Notes: generated by a model not told the origin, from the sequence alone. DNA of 64,000 nt from an uncultured Lachnospiraceae bacterium (GCA_949066965.1 CARTDA010000001.1:33042-97041), one strand, 5' to 3'; positions 18,651-29,620 are shown, counted from the first letter of the stretch. A program made the numbers and translations.

Positions 18651-19334
18651 ATGACACGAGCAGATGAAGAACGGTTTGTAAAAGGGGCATTCCGGGCATT
18701 GATTGAGAGAGGGGCAGCGACAGAGCAGATGCTGACTCCGAGTACGGTGGCAGACCAGGATATTGACAAATTTGAAAGGACTTTTGATATCCGTGTTCCT
18801 TCCCTTTTCAGGACATATTTAAAAGCATACTGTTATGATTTTTCCGTGATATGTGCGCCTGTTCCGGTAGATGGCATGGAGCACTGTGAATGGGGAAGTG
18901 AAAAAGGGCTGTGGTGGATGGAGCTGGTTTCCCTGCCGAAGGAGGATCCGCTCAAAAACCTTTACGCTTTCATGGAAAGCTTCCGGAGTATCTGTACGGA
19001 TAGCGACCTGGTTAATCTTGGACTGGATAAGGTCAAAAATTTTATACCGATTGGCGAGTGGGACGGACTGCTGTGCATGGATGTGAGTCAGACAGATGTG
19101 CAGGCAGACAATCCCAGAACATGGCAGCTGTCCAGATTTGAACAGACAGCGTTTGACTGGGAGAAGGCAGGATATATTGATGAGGGCGGCGTGGTGACGG
19201 GGAAACGGACGATTCCTGATTTTAAGACACTGCTGGAAATATATTTTTATGGAAAATATGACAGGGAATATGAAAGACAGTTAAGGGAATGCGGCGAGGA
19301 AATGCCGGATTACAGTTATTATATACAGAAGTGA
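18651..19334 (+). CDS. SMI1/KNR4 (SUKH)-like protein
   Basis: DIDKFERTFDIRVPSLFRTYL, FIPIG...LLCMD, DFKTLL pattern. Confidence 0.62.
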   Translation: MTRADEERFVKGAFRALIERGAATEQMLTPSTVADQDIDKFERTFDIRVPSLFRTYLKAYCYDFSVICAPVPVDGMEHCEWGSEKGLWWMELVSLPKEDPLKNLYAFMESFRSICTDSDLVNLGLDKVKNFIPIGEWDGLLCMDVSQTDVQADNPRTWQLSRFEQTAFDWEKAGYIDEGGVVTGKRTIPDFKTLLEIYFYGKYDREYERQLRECGEEMPDYSYYIQK

Positions 19335-19471
19335 TGCTTCGGGGCGTTATGGGATACCATAGCGTCTTTTATTTTTCTTTAAATTATGCTTGTGGTATTT
19401 GGTGTTAGGAAATATAATATAATTAGGTGATACCGTATATTGCCAATACATATGACAATCGAGGTGGGGGA

Positions 19472-21187
19472 ATGAAAAATAAGGAAAGACTTGCCGGAAG
19501 GCTGATTGCTTCGATGTATGTGCTGGGGCTTCTGGGAATGTTTTGCGTTGTTATAGGCGTACATTTTACCAGACAGTCTGACATGGTGGAGGATGGCGTT
19601 TCTGATTATATAAATATTAGTTCGGACTGGACACTTGACAGGGAAGGGACAATGCAGGCGGATTTGGGCAGGCTTGGGGAATACATGGATGAGGATACAG
19701 GGATACTATCCATATATCACAGGCTTCCTGACATGAAAGGGGATGAGAGCCTGGTATACCGCTCCAAGGATGTGTATACGAAACTGCTGGTTGATGATAC
19801 TGTTGTTTATGAGACGAATGTGTATGATTCCAAGTTTTACAATCGTTCTCCGGGAAATCTATGGAATGTGGCAAAGTTTCATGCAGACAGTTCCGGAAGG
19901 CTTGTAGAGATGCAGATTTATATGGTATATGATACCAATGCGGTTACGGTTGACTCTACACTGTGGGGGGACAAGACAGACATTATTCTGACATTTTGCA
20001 AGGAAAAAATTTTTGGCGTTGCGGTGAGCCTGCTGATGATGATTATCGGGCTTGTCCTGATTGCGTTTGACCTGATGCCTGCCTATATCCATGCAAGAAA
20101 GCGCCATGGCATGGTATGGCTGGGACTGTACGCTGCACTGATTGGCGTATGGAGCCTTATTGAGACAAATGCAGTGCAGTTTTTTGCGGATGACATGCGT
20201 ATTTTGCAGCTTATTGACAACATGATTATGATAGTGGGCAGTATGCCGCTGCTTTTATACCTGAATTGTGAATACCAGATTTTTAAATTCCGCTTCATGC
20301 GATTGTTTTGCTATGCGGATGCGGCTTACATACTGGTATCGGCAACGATGCAGCTTTCCGGGGGCAATGATTTGCACGGACTGCTTCCGGGAGCGATGCT
20401 GACGATGGTGGTGAGCTGTGTCACACTGCTGGTATGGGTGGTATTCAGGCTGAAAAATATGGTGAAGGGTCATCAGCCGATTTTAAATTATGTACTACAA
20501 TTATCAGGATTGTGTTCCCTCTGGATTTCAGCACTGCTTGAGATGATGCGGTATTCCCAGTCCGACCATATGGACAGGGCAGGGTATCTCAGGGTCGGGA
20601 TGCTGGTGTTTATCATATGTCTTGCCGTCAGCAGCCAGCTTGAGACATACAGGCTGCTTGAGAATGGGCTGAAATTTGACATCATCAGCAGTCTTGCGTA
20701 TTCGGATGGGCTGACCGGGCTTGGAAACAGGACAGCTTATCTGGAGCAGCTTGAGGCGTATGCATCCGGGGAGACGGGTATTTCCAAGCTTGGAATTGTA
20801 TTTCTGGATGTCAATAATTTAAAAAAGGTCAATGACAATCAGGGGCATGAAAAGGGAGATGAGCTGATTACTGTCGCAGCGAGGATTATTTCTGACAGCT
20901 TTGGCAAATTGGGAAAATCATACCGCATTGGCGGTGATGAATTCTGTGTTTTGATGACAGGCCTTGGGCTGCAGGACATGTATGAAAGAGGACTTTTGGA
21001 ATTTCAGAAACTGGTAGATGAGGCGAACAAGGCAAAATGGTATACATACGAGATACAGATAGCAAATGGATTCAGCATCTGTGATATGATTGAAAGACAG
21101 AAGATAGATGAGGCGGTTATGGCGGCGGATGGCGCCATGTATGCAAATAAAAAAATGCTAAAAAGCAGGGCGGCAAAGTCTGTATAA
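19472..21187 (+). CDS. Membrane diguanylate cyclase
   Basis: Extracellular domain plus several TM segments; DGLTGLGNR, LKKVND..GH..GD, RIGGDEF. Confidence 0.92.
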   Translation: MKNKERLAGRLIASMYVLGLLGMFCVVIGVHFTRQSDMVEDGVSDYINISSDWTLDREGTMQADLGRLGEYMDEDTGILSIYHRLPDMKGDESLVYRSKDVYTKLLVDDTVVYETNVYDSKFYNRSPGNLWNVAKFHADSSGRLVEMQIYMVYDTNAVTVDSTLWGDKTDIILTFCKEKIFGVAVSLLMMIIGLVLIAFDLMPAYIHARKRHGMVWLGLYAALIGVWSLIETNAVQFFADDMRILQLIDNMIMIVGSMPLLLYLNCEYQIFKFRFMRLFCYADAAYILVSATMQLSGGNDLHGLLPGAMLTMVVSCVTLLVWVVFRLKNMVKGHQPILNYVLQLSGLCSLWISALLEMMRYSQSDHMDRAGYLRVGMLVFIICLAVSSQLETYRLLENGLKFDIISSLAYSDGLTGLGNRTAYLEQLEAYASGETGISKLGIVFLDVNNLKKVNDNQGHEKGDELITVAARIISDSFGKLGKSYRIGGDEFCVLMTGLGLQDMYERGLLEFQKLVDEANKAKWYTYEIQIANGFSICDMIERQKIDEAVMAADGAMYANKKMLKSRAAKSV

Positions 21188-21210
21188 AAGGAAAGGCAGG
21201 GAAAAAGAGA

Positions 21211-22617
21211 ATGGGTGGCTTTTTTGGAGTAGCGTCACAGCAGGACTGTGTATTTGATTTATTTTTTGGGATTGATTACCACTCGCATCTGGGAACAAGG
21301 CGCGGCGGTATGGCAGTTTATGGAAAGGATGGCTTTAACAGGGCGATTCATAATATTGAGAATGCACCGTTTCGGACAAAGTTTGACAAGGATGTCAATG
21401 AAATGCATGGAAACTATGGCATTGGCTGTATCTCTGATTATGAGCCGCAGCCATTGATTATCCGCTCGCACCACGGCACGTATGCGCTGACGACAGTGGG
21501 GAAGATTAACAATACGGATGAGCTGATACAGCGCCTGTTTGATGTGGGACATGCTCATTTTCAGGAGATGAGCGGCGGGGAGGTTAATGCCACGGAGCTT
21601 GTCGCGGCGCTGATTAACCGCAGGGAAAACCTGATAGAGGGGATTAATTTTGCACTGCATGTCATAGATGGTTCGCTGTCGATTCTTCTCATGAATAAGG
21701 CGGGAATCTATGCGGCGCGGGACAAGTATGGGAGAACGCCGGTTGTGGTCGGCAGAAAAGAAGACGGCTTTTGTGCTTCCTTTGAAAACTTTGCGTACAA
21801 GAATCTCGGATATGCCAATTACAAGGAACTGGGACCCGGGGAGGTTGTCGTGATGACAGAGAAGAACTGTGTCACGCTGGTCAATCCGCAGAGCGATATG
21901 AAAATCTGTACATTTTTATGGGTTTATTACGGATATCCGGCAAGTTCGTATGAGGGAGTCAGTGTTGAGCAGATGCGGTACCGCTGCGGCGAGAAGATGG
22001 CACAGCGCGACGATGCACGGCCGGACATTGTCGCGGGGGTTCCGGATTCCGGCATCGCGCATGCGGTGGGGTATGCGAATGAGTCAGGGATTCCGTTTTC
22101 CAGACCGTTTATCAAGTACACGCCGACATGGCCGCGCTCTTTTATGCCGACGATACAGAGCAAGCGCAATCTCATCGCCAAGATGAAGCTGCTTGCCGTG
22201 GATGACCTGATTCAGGATAAGAGCCTGCTTCTGATTGACGACTCCATTGTCAGGGGAACGCAGCTGCGGGAAACGACAGAGTTTCTTTACCAGAGCGGGG
22301 CAAAGGAAGTGCATATCAGACCGGCATGTCCGCCATTGCTGTATGGCTGCAAGTACCTGAATTTTTCACGCTCTTCATCGGAGATGGACCTGATTACCAG
22401 ACGTGTGATTGAGCGGCTGGAAAACGGAAATGTGACAAAGGAGATTCTCGAGGAGTATGCGGATCCTGAGTCCGAGAAGTATGAACAGATGGTTGAGGAA
22501 ATTCGAAAGGAGCTGAACTTTACGTCGCTTCGTTTTAACAGACTCGACGACATGCTGGACGCGACAGGGCTGGAACATTGTAAGCTGTGCACATATTGCT
22601 GGAACGGCAAGGAATAG
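21211..22617 (+). CDS. purF: Amidophosphoribosyltransferase homologue lacking the N-terminal catalytic Cys
   Basis: ARDKYG, GVPDSG, LLIDDSIVRGT PRPP loop, C-terminal CTYC; N-terminus MGGFFG. Confidence 0.88.
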   Translation: MGGFFGVASQQDCVFDLFFGIDYHSHLGTRRGGMAVYGKDGFNRAIHNIENAPFRTKFDKDVNEMHGNYGIGCISDYEPQPLIIRSHHGTYALTTVGKINNTDELIQRLFDVGHAHFQEMSGGEVNATELVAALINRRENLIEGINFALHVIDGSLSILLMNKAGIYAARDKYGRTPVVVGRKEDGFCASFENFAYKNLGYANYKELGPGEVVVMTEKNCVTLVNPQSDMKICTFLWVYYGYPASSYEGVSVEQMRYRCGEKMAQRDDARPDIVAGVPDSGIAHAVGYANESGIPFSRPFIKYTPTWPRSFMPTIQSKRNLIAKMKLLAVDDLIQDKSLLLIDDSIVRGTQLRETTEFLYQSGAKEVHIRPACPPLLYGCKYLNFSRSSSEMDLITRRVIERLENGNVTKEILEEYADPESEKYEQMVEEIRKELNFTSLRFNRLDDMLDATGLEHCKLCTYCWNGKE

Positions 22618-22651
22618 GACAAAGGGATAGGTTTTAGAAAGGCGGCAAAGG

Positions 22652-24652
22652 ATGAAAGAGGAAAAACAGGGGAAAATTGTTTCTATTAAGGTAAAGCTGC
22701 TTGGAATCATACTGCCAGTGGTAATTGTCATTATGATACTGCTGGTGGGGATTCTGTATTTTATCTCAAAGAATATTATCAAGGAGTATTCGGAAAACCT
22801 GCTCCGGTCGTCGATTGACAATCAGACAAACCAGATTGAGGCGTGGCTGAATGAAAATCTGTCGGCGTTTGGCGCGGTGAAACAGGCAATTGAGCAGACG
22901 AATCCCGGACAGCAGGAGCTGCAGGCGATTCTGGACAGCTATTATGGGTACCATGACAATTATCCGGACGGACTCTATATTGCGGATGCAGACGGAAAGC
23001 TGATGACGGCATCTGCGTCCGGGAAACAGGAGGTAAATCCAACGGAATCCGTGTGGTACAGGGAAGGGCTTACCCGGTGGAACATGGGACTGACAAACGC
23101 ATATACCAATGCCGAGGGAAGCAAGGTCATCAGTGCGTCGGGAATCCTCGATGACCAGTCCGGCACAATCAAGGTCATTTCGGCAGACCTGACGTTGGAA
23201 CGGATTAGCATCATCGTAAACAGCTACATAGAGATGGAGCAGGCGCGTGCGTTTCTTGTGAGTGCAACGGATGGGACAATCCTTGCGCATCATGAGAACG
23301 ATTTGATTTCAACGAAGCTTGGGGATTCGGATAACGCCTTTATGCAAAGTGTCTGGAAGAAGGTAGAAGAACAGGATTTTGAAATGTGCGATATTGACAG
23401 CAATATGACGGCATTTTCACAGGTGAGCGGGACAGACTGGGTGCTCGTATCGTACATTCCGACAAAGGTTATCTATGCAGATATCGACAGTGTCCGCAAT
23501 ATGATGCTGGTCATCGGCCTGCTGTCCATCATCCTGCTGGCAGTTCTTGTGGAGCGGGTGGTTCATATGGTGATTCGTCCGGTTAAGGAACTGATTAAGG
23601 TGATTACGGCAATGACCAACGGCGATTTTACGGTACAGGTCAAGGCGGGCAGCAATGATGAAATTGGCGTCATGGGCGGTTATGTGGAGCAGTTTATACG
23701 GACGATGCGGCAGATGATTGCATCGATTCACGGCGTGTCTGACAAGCTGAGCGAACAGGCAGGGAACAGCGATACGATATCGCGGGAGATGTATGACGCA
23801 TCCAGGCATCAGGGACAGTCCATGCGGGAGCTGAATACGACCGTGGAGCAGCTGTCCCTCTCTGTCGGTGAGATTGCGGAGCATGCGACGACGCTTGCCA
23901 TGGTAGTCTCTGACACAAAGGATGACGGGGAGCAGGTCGGCGGCAAGATGCAGGAGACGGTCACAGTTTCCCGCCAGGGAAAAGAGGATTTGCAGCGCGT
24001 CAGCAGCGCGATGGCGACCATCAATGCCTCCATGCAGAAGCTCCAGCAGTCAATTGACGAGGTGGGTAAGGCATCCGTGGAGATTACCAATATTACAGAA
24101 ATCATCGGAAATATTGCGGATCAGACATCGCTGCTTTCCCTGAATGCCTCCATTGAAGCGGCGCGCGCAGGGGAGGCAGGAAGAGGATTTGCCGTCGTGG
24201 CGACGGAGATTGGACAGCTTGCTAATACCAGCGCTGACGCCGTGCATAATATCGAGGGGCTGATTAGCCAGATTAACAGTCTGGTAGGGGATACCGTCAA
24301 GCAGACGAATGAGAGCGTGAAAAACATTGATAACAGCAGCAGTCTGGTGGGAGATACCCTGCGGACGTTTGATGCCATATTCAGTAACATTGACCAGGTG
24401 AGCACACTTGTGCGCGAGATGATTCAGAAGGTGGAAAAGGTTGACGAGGTGGCGACGAATGTCGCTGCAATCTCGGAAGAACAGGCGGCAAGCTCAGAGG
24501 AAATCCTGGCGACCTCCGAGTCGATGGTGCGCCAGGTGGACAATATCACCGGCAACAGTGAGCGTGTTTCTGCGGGGGCGAGGGAGCTGACGTCATCGGC
24601 GGAGGAGCTGTATGAACAGGTTGCCATATTTAAGGTCGGAGAGGGGGCGTGA
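22652..24652 (+). CDS. Methyl-accepting chemotaxis protein (Cache-HAMP-MA)
   Basis: Two TM segments, WYREG Cache motif, [24 protein letters not shown]. Confidence 0.93.
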   Translation: MKEEKQGKIVSIKVKLLGIILPVVIVIMILLVGILYFISKNIIKEYSENLLRSSIDNQTNQIEAWLNENLSAFGAVKQAIEQTNPGQQELQAILDSYYGYHDNYPDGLYIADADGKLMTASASGKQEVNPTESVWYREGLTRWNMGLTNAYTNAEGSKVISASGILDDQSGTIKVISADLTLERISIIVNSYIEMEQARAFLVSATDGTILAHHENDLISTKLGDSDNAFMQSVWKKVEEQDFEMCDIDSNMTAFSQVSGTDWVLVSYIPTKVIYADIDSVRNMMLVIGLLSIILLAVLVERVVHMVIRPVKELIKVITAMTNGDFTVQVKAGSNDEIGVMGGYVEQFIRTMRQMIASIHGVSDKLSEQAGNSDTISREMYDASRHQGQSMRELNTTVEQLSLSVGEIAEHATTLAMVVSDTKDDGEQVGGKMQETVTVSRQGKEDLQRVSSAMATINASMQKLQQSIDEVGKASVEITNITEIIGNIADQTSLLSLNASIEAARAGEAGRGFAVVATEIGQLANTSADAVHNIEGLISQINSLVGDTVKQTNESVKNIDNSSSLVGDTLRTFDAIFSNIDQVSTLVREMIQKVEKVDEVATNVAAISEEQAASSEEILATSESMVRQVDNITGNSERVSAGARELTSSAEELYEQVAIFKVGEGA

Positions 24653-25647
24653 CAGTGATGAAAGGTAGGAAAGGTTATGGAAATTTGAAGAGGTGTGTTT
24701 CCCTGTGTCTCATTGTTGTGATGCTCACTGCCGTTTTGTCCGGCTGTGCGCAGGGTGCAGGCGGAAAAGGCGGAAAGCGCATATTCTTTTCCCTGAATCA
24801 GATGGACACGTTCCGCCAGACGCTTGTGGATGCTGCCTCGGAAAGGGCGGCAGAGGTCGGCGCGCAGTTTGCGATGGAGGACGCGGGCGGCTCGATTGAG
24901 AGACAGGTGGAGCAGCTAAAGAAAGCGGCGGCGGAGCAGTACGACGTAATCATTTGCAGCCCTGTGTCTGTCGATACAATCGTACAGCTGAAAATGAGCG
25001 TGGGCGATATTCCGATTGTGTTTGTCAACAGCTGTCCGGATGAAAAATACCTGCAGGAAGGAAAATATATCTATGTCGGTTCCAGTGAGCAGGTTGCCGG
25101 AGAGTTTCAGGCAGAGTACGTGCTGGGAAAGCTGTCGGGCAGTCAGGAGCTGAATGTGGTGCTGATAAAAGGACCTGCGAACCACTCTGCCACGCAGGGA
25201 AGGACAAACGGGGTGAAGCGGACGCTCGAACAGAGCGGGAAACAGATTCACTATGTGTTTGAGGATACTGCGAACTGGGACGAGGGACAGGCAGAGAAGC
25301 TGTTTGAACTGTTTCTGCGGACGGGAAGCAAGGCGGACTGCGTGATTTGCAACAATGACTCCATGGCGCTGGGCGTGGCGGAGGCGTGCAGGAAGAATGG
25401 CATTTCGCTTCCGATACTTGGTGTGGATGCCACGGCGGACGGCTGCGAGGCAATCCGCAATGGAGAGATGGCATTTACGGTATACCAGTCCGGCAGCGGG
25501 CAGGGGCACGCCGCGGTGGATGCCGCGATACAGCTTGCCGGAAATGGGGATGTGAAAGACCTCGAGGGAAGCACAGAGGACGGAAAGTATGTCTGGGTGG
25601 ATTTTGAGCGCGTGGACAGTAGCAATGTGTCGCAGTATGGAAAATAA
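24649..25647 (+). CDS. RbsB/MglB-like sugar-binding lipoprotein
   Basis: Lipobox [26 protein letters not shown]; overlaps the MCP stop (GTGA). Start could be 24658. Confidence 0.87.
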   Translation: MTVMKGRKGYGNLKRCVSLCLIVVMLTAVLSGCAQGAGGKGGKRIFFSLNQMDTFRQTLVDAASERAAEVGAQFAMEDAGGSIERQVEQLKKAAAEQYDVIICSPVSVDTIVQLKMSVGDIPIVFVNSCPDEKYLQEGKYIYVGSSEQVAGEFQAEYVLGKLSGSQELNVVLIKGPANHSATQGRTNGVKRTLEQSGKQIHYVFEDTANWDEGQAEKLFELFLRTGSKADCVICNNDSMALGVAEACRKNGISLPILGVDATADGCEAIRNGEMAFTVYQSGSGQGHAAVDAAIQLAGNGDVKDLEGSTEDGKYVWVDFERVDSSNVSQYGK

Positions 25648-25659
25648 TATAATCATTGG

Positions 25660-25700
25660 CAGACAAAAATAAAGGCTGGTGCAGCCTTTATTTTTGTCTG
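25660..25700. terminator. Bidirectional terminator
   Basis: Perfect 19-bp inverted repeat CAGACAAAAATAAAGGCTG / CAGCCTTTATTTTTGTCTG between convergent genes. Confidence 0.85.
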
Positions 25701-25711
25701 TGTTTTAATTG

Positions 25712-26953
25712 TCAGGATTCCCTGTAGTCTGTCACGCGCTTTGTCTTTTTCTCGCTTCTTGGCAGTGTCTCAATTGGCACGACAGTGACCTTTGGCGTGA
25801 CGCCGATGCGCGATTTGACCAGTTCCCTTATTTTCAGCGCGGTGGCTTCAAAGCTGACGCGTCCCTCCGCCTCGACGGTCAGAATCATGATGTCGCGGTT
25901 CTTTTCGTCGTCGTGTGCCAGCGTGACCGTGTACTCGCTTGCCACGCCGTCAACGTTCTGTAACAAATCCTCAATCTGGCTGGGGAACATGTTGACACCG
26001 TGTATCTTGAACATGTCGTCGCTTCTGCCGCGGATGATGTCAATCCGTGGATAACTGCTGCCGCAGGAACACTTTTCGGGGATAATTCTGGAAATGTCGT
26101 GCGTGCGGAAGCGAATGAGCGGCGCGCCCTCCTTGACGAGCGTGGTAATGACAATCTCGCCCTCCTCCCCGTCAGGAACAGGCTTTCCGGTTTTTGGGTC
26201 AATGATTTCAATGTAGATATAATCGTCCCAATAGTGGATTCCGGCTTCCTTCTCGCAGTTGATGCCGATACCCGGACCGTAGATTTCAGTCAGCCCATAG
26301 ATGTCATACAGCTCGATGCCAAGTTCCTCGCGGATGTATTTACGCATCTTTTCGCTCCACCGCTCGGAGCCAATCACGCCCTTTTTCAGGTGAATCTGGT
26401 CTTTTAAGCCGCGCTTGTTGATTTCCTCCGCAAGCAGGAGCGCGTAGGAGGAAGTGGCGGTAATGACGGTTGATTTCAGGTCAATCATCATTTGCAGCTG
26501 CTTGTCGGTGTTGCCTGGACCCATTGGAATTGCCATGGCGCCAAGCTTCTCGCACCCTGTCTGAAAGCCGATGCCTGCTGTCCACAGCCCGTAGCCGGGT
26601 GTAATCTGGATGCGGTCCCTGCTGGTGATGCCTGCCGTCTCGTAGCAGCGGGCAAACATGACGGCCCAGTCATCCACGTCCTTTGCGGTGTAGGGAATAA
26701 TGACTGGCTTTCCGGTCGTGCCGGAGGAGGAGTGGATTCGCACGACTTCCTCGTCGGGTACTGCCTGAATGCCAAGTGGATAGGCATTGCGCAGGTCATC
26801 CTTGCTCGAAAAAGGAAGCGCTTCAAAATCCTCCTGGCTGCCGATGCCCTGAATGCCAAGCTCCCTGTAGATTTTGCCGTAATAGCTGTCGGTGCTGATT
26901 AACCGCTGAATCTGGGTATTTACCTGTAACCGTTGTGTCTCGTTTAACTGCAT
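25712..26953 (-). CDS. paaK: Phenylacetate-CoA ligase family protein
   Basis: HSSSGTTGKP, YGLWTAG, IYGLTE, PLIRFRTHD, GRSDDM. Confidence 0.9.
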   Translation of the reverse strand: MQLNETQRLQVNTQIQRLISTDSYYGKIYRELGIQGIGSQEDFEALPFSSKDDLRNAYPLGIQAVPDEEVVRIHSSSGTTGKPVIIPYTAKDVDDWAVMFARCYETAGITSRDRIQITPGYGLWTAGIGFQTGCEKLGAMAIPMGPGNTDKQLQMMIDLKSTVITATSSYALLLAEEINKRGLKDQIHLKKGVIGSERWSEKMRKYIREELGIELYDIYGLTEIYGPGIGINCEKEAGIHYWDDYIYIEIIDPKTGKPVPDGEEGEIVITTLVKEGAPLIRFRTHDISRIIPEKCSCGSSYPRIDIIRGRSDDMFKIHGVNMFPSQIEDLLQNVDGVASEYTVTLAHDDEKNRDIMILTVEAEGRVSFEATALKIRELVKSRIGVTPKVTVVPIETLPRSEKKTKRVTDYRES

Positions 26954-27003
26954 GATATGATATCCTCCTGTTTTTGGGGTTGAATTTGCTGGAACGTCTT
27001 TGG

Positions 27004-27615
27004 TTAAAGCTGTGTTCCATTGTTGTACTGGCTATCCGCGTATGCGATTCCGGCAAGAAATGCCTTCTTGTTGGTTTCCACAAATTTTGCAGGCACCCTG
27101 GCTTCGATTTCCTGCATCAGTGCATCACTGGAAAGCCCGAGCCTTCCGGAGCCGGCAGCGGCACCAAGAATCGCGACATTAAAGTAGCGCGCGGAGCCAA
27201 AGGGTGCACATATTTTTTCGGCATCTATTATCATGAGATGGCAGCATTTTTTCTTTAAGTATGCAAGCATTTCGGTGCCGTCATAGCCGGTATCGTTCAG
27301 GGATTCCGTGGTCGGCTTTACCGGATTGCTGTTGACGAGGACGGTTCCGTCTTTTTTGAGGTACGATAAATTGCGTACCGCCTCGGCAGGCTCAAATGCG
27401 AGCAGGATGTCGGCGCTTCCTTTTGGAATCAGCGGAGAGAAGGCATTGCTGCCGATGCGGACATGGCTTGTGACGGAGCCTCCGCGCTGTGCCATGCCGA
27501 TGGTCTCGGCAGAGTGTACGGTATTGCCGCAGTTCATGGCGGCAGCTGCAATCAGCTTTGACGCGAGGACGGTTCCCTGACCGCCCACGCCGCATATCAG
27601 GATGTCTTTATTCAT
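27004..27615 (-). CDS. iorB: Indolepyruvate:ferredoxin oxidoreductase beta subunit
   Basis: GVGGQG, GMAQRGGSV; AAGGAGG RBS; overlaps iorA. Confidence 0.9.
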   Translation of the reverse strand: MNKDILICGVGGQGTVLASKLIAAAAMNCGNTVHSAETIGMAQRGGSVTSHVRIGSNAFSPLIPKGSADILLAFEPAEAVRNLSYLKKDGTVLVNSNPVKPTTESLNDTGYDGTEMLAYLKKKCCHLMIIDAEKICAPFGSARYFNVAILGAAAGSGRLGLSSDALMQEIEARVPAKFVETNKKAFLAGIAYADSQYNNGTQL

Positions 27616-29449
27616 GGCGGGCACCTCCTTCGTCCGGGACGATTGCCGCTGTGGGGCAGATGCTGCTGCACAGCCCACAGCCCGTACAGAGTCCCTTGTC
27701 TATGGTTACTTTTCCGTCCACAATAATCAGTGCAGGGCACCCGATTTCGCGGATGCACTTTTTGCACTGGATGCATTTGCCGGAAATTTTCATCTTTTCC
27801 GCTGGCTTGCTGATGGCGATGCAGGGTGACTGGAATAAAATCGCTTTTACACCGGGAAGTGCGGCGCATTCCTTGACGGCACGCACGGCACTGGCGAGGT
27901 CTAAGGGGTCAACGACTTCGATTTTTTTGACGCCCATTCCTTCCAGAACCTTGACAATGCTCACCTTGTCAACGGCATTTCCCATCATGTTGCGCCCTGT
28001 CCCGGGGTGCGGCTGGTGTCCGGTCATGGCGGTCGTGGAATTGTCCAGCACGCATAATATCATGTCGGCTTCATTGCAGATGGCATTGACCACGCCTGTC
28101 ATGCCGGAGGCAAAAAATGTGGAGTCCCCGACAAAGGCAAAACAGACGCCGTCAGGATCCGTCCAGTGGAATCCCTGCGCCATGGTGATGCCTGCACCCA
28201 TGCACAGGCAGGTGTCAACCATGTCGAGCGGCATGGCGTTTCCGAGGGTGTAGCAGCCGATGTCACCGCAGAAATAACTGTTTTTGTCCGGCAGCTCCTG
28301 CATGGCCTTTTTCACGGCATAGAATGAAGCGCGGTGCGGGCATCCGGCGCACAGGACGGGCGGGCGCATGGGGAGTGTGGGCATGTCGGAAAGGTCGATG
28401 CTGGATTCCCTTGCCGCTGTGCCAAGGAAGCCTGCCAGGATTTCTGCGGCAGAGTCGGCGGAATTTTCCCCGCTGGGGCTGACATGTCCGGTAAGCTTCC
28501 CATATACCTTGACAGGCAGCTGGTTTGCGCCGATTGTTCTTAAGAGCGCGTTTTCTATGTATGGGCTAAGCTCCTCGATACAGAGTGCCTCCTCCACGCC
28601 CTCTAGCGCCTTTAAGACGAACGTTTCCGGAAATGGGTAGGGAGTGGCGATTTTGCACAGCCGGATATCTTCATAATCTTTTAGGTATTCTTTTACATAT
28701 GCGTAACTGACACCGGATGTAAAGACTGCCTTTTTGCCGTTTCCGGTTATGACATTCATGTCATAATCAGAGAAGTCCCTGCCAATCTCGGGATTGCGCT
28801 TTTCAATCATGGCGTGGTTGGCGTAGGAGAGGCGCGGAAAAATGACCCATTTTTTGGAATCCTTCACAAAACCTTCGTATGGGTGCGGTGTATAAAACTG
28901 CTCCGGTTCGCATGTGAAATCAACAGCAAGGTCAATGGAGGCATATGCATGGCAGATGCGTGTCGTCGGCCGGAACAAAACGGGAGTTTTGTATTTTTCA
29001 GAATAGACAAACGCATCCTGTATCATCTGGTAGGCTTCCTCCGGTGAACAGGGGTCAAAGACCGGTATCCGGCAGAATTCCGCAAACATCCGGGTGTCCT
29101 GCTCTGTCTGGGACGAGATGGGACCCGGGTCGTCGGCAGAGACAATGACCATGCCGCCCTTGACGCCGACGTAGGCGAGGGACATGATGGGGTCGGAAGC
29201 GACATTCAGACCGACCTGTTTCATGGTGACAAGCGTTCTTGCGCCTGCATAGGCGGCGCTCGCAGCAACCTCCATGGCAGCCTTTTCATTGACCGACCAC
29301 TCGAGATGCAGCCCGTCGTGCGGATATTTTTGTATGGTCTCGATAATCTCGGACGACGGTGTGCCCGGATATCCTGAGACGACATTGACACCGGCAGAGA
29401 GTGCGCCAAGCGCAATCGCGCCGTTGCCCATTACGTATTCTTTTTTCAT
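27608..29449 (-). CDS. iorA: Indolepyruvate:ferredoxin oxidoreductase alpha subunit
   Basis: GYPGTPS, NEK, MKQVGLN, CAGCPHR, GDIGCY, GDSTF ThDP motif, C-terminal 2x[4Fe-4S]. Confidence 0.93.
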   Translation of the reverse strand: MKKEYVMGNGAIALGALSAGVNVVSGYPGTPSSEIIETIQKYPHDGLHLEWSVNEKAAMEVAASAAYAGARTLVTMKQVGLNVASDPIMSLAYVGVKGGMVIVSADDPGPISSQTEQDTRMFAEFCRIPVFDPCSPEEAYQMIQDAFVYSEKYKTPVLFRPTTRICHAYASIDLAVDFTCEPEQFYTPHPYEGFVKDSKKWVIFPRLSYANHAMIEKRNPEIGRDFSDYDMNVITGNGKKAVFTSGVSYAYVKEYLKDYEDIRLCKIATPYPFPETFVLKALEGVEEALCIEELSPYIENALLRTIGANQLPVKVYGKLTGHVSPSGENSADSAAEILAGFLGTAARESSIDLSDMPTLPMRPPVLCAGCPHRASFYAVKKAMQELPDKNSYFCGDIGCYTLGNAMPLDMVDTCLCMGAGITMAQGFHWTDPDGVCFAFVGDSTFFASGMTGVVNAICNEADMILCVLDNSTTAMTGHQPHPGTGRNMMGNAVDKVSIVKVLEGMGVKKIEVVDPLDLASAVRAVKECAALPGVKAILFQSPCIAISKPAEKMKISGKCIQCKKCIREIGCPALIIVDGKVTIDKGLCTGCGLCSSICPTAAIVPDEGGARHE

Positions 29450-29620
29450 GGTTTTGTACCTCGTTGTAGTTGTTATACTGCACGGCAAAGAGATTTGCCG
29501 TGTAACTTCCTTATGATTATAATGCATTTTCACGCGGAGGGCAATGGAAATGTGTACATTAAATAACGTTCTGAAAACGTGAATAATTAAAGAAAATTCA
29601 TTTGGAAAATTTATAATAAT

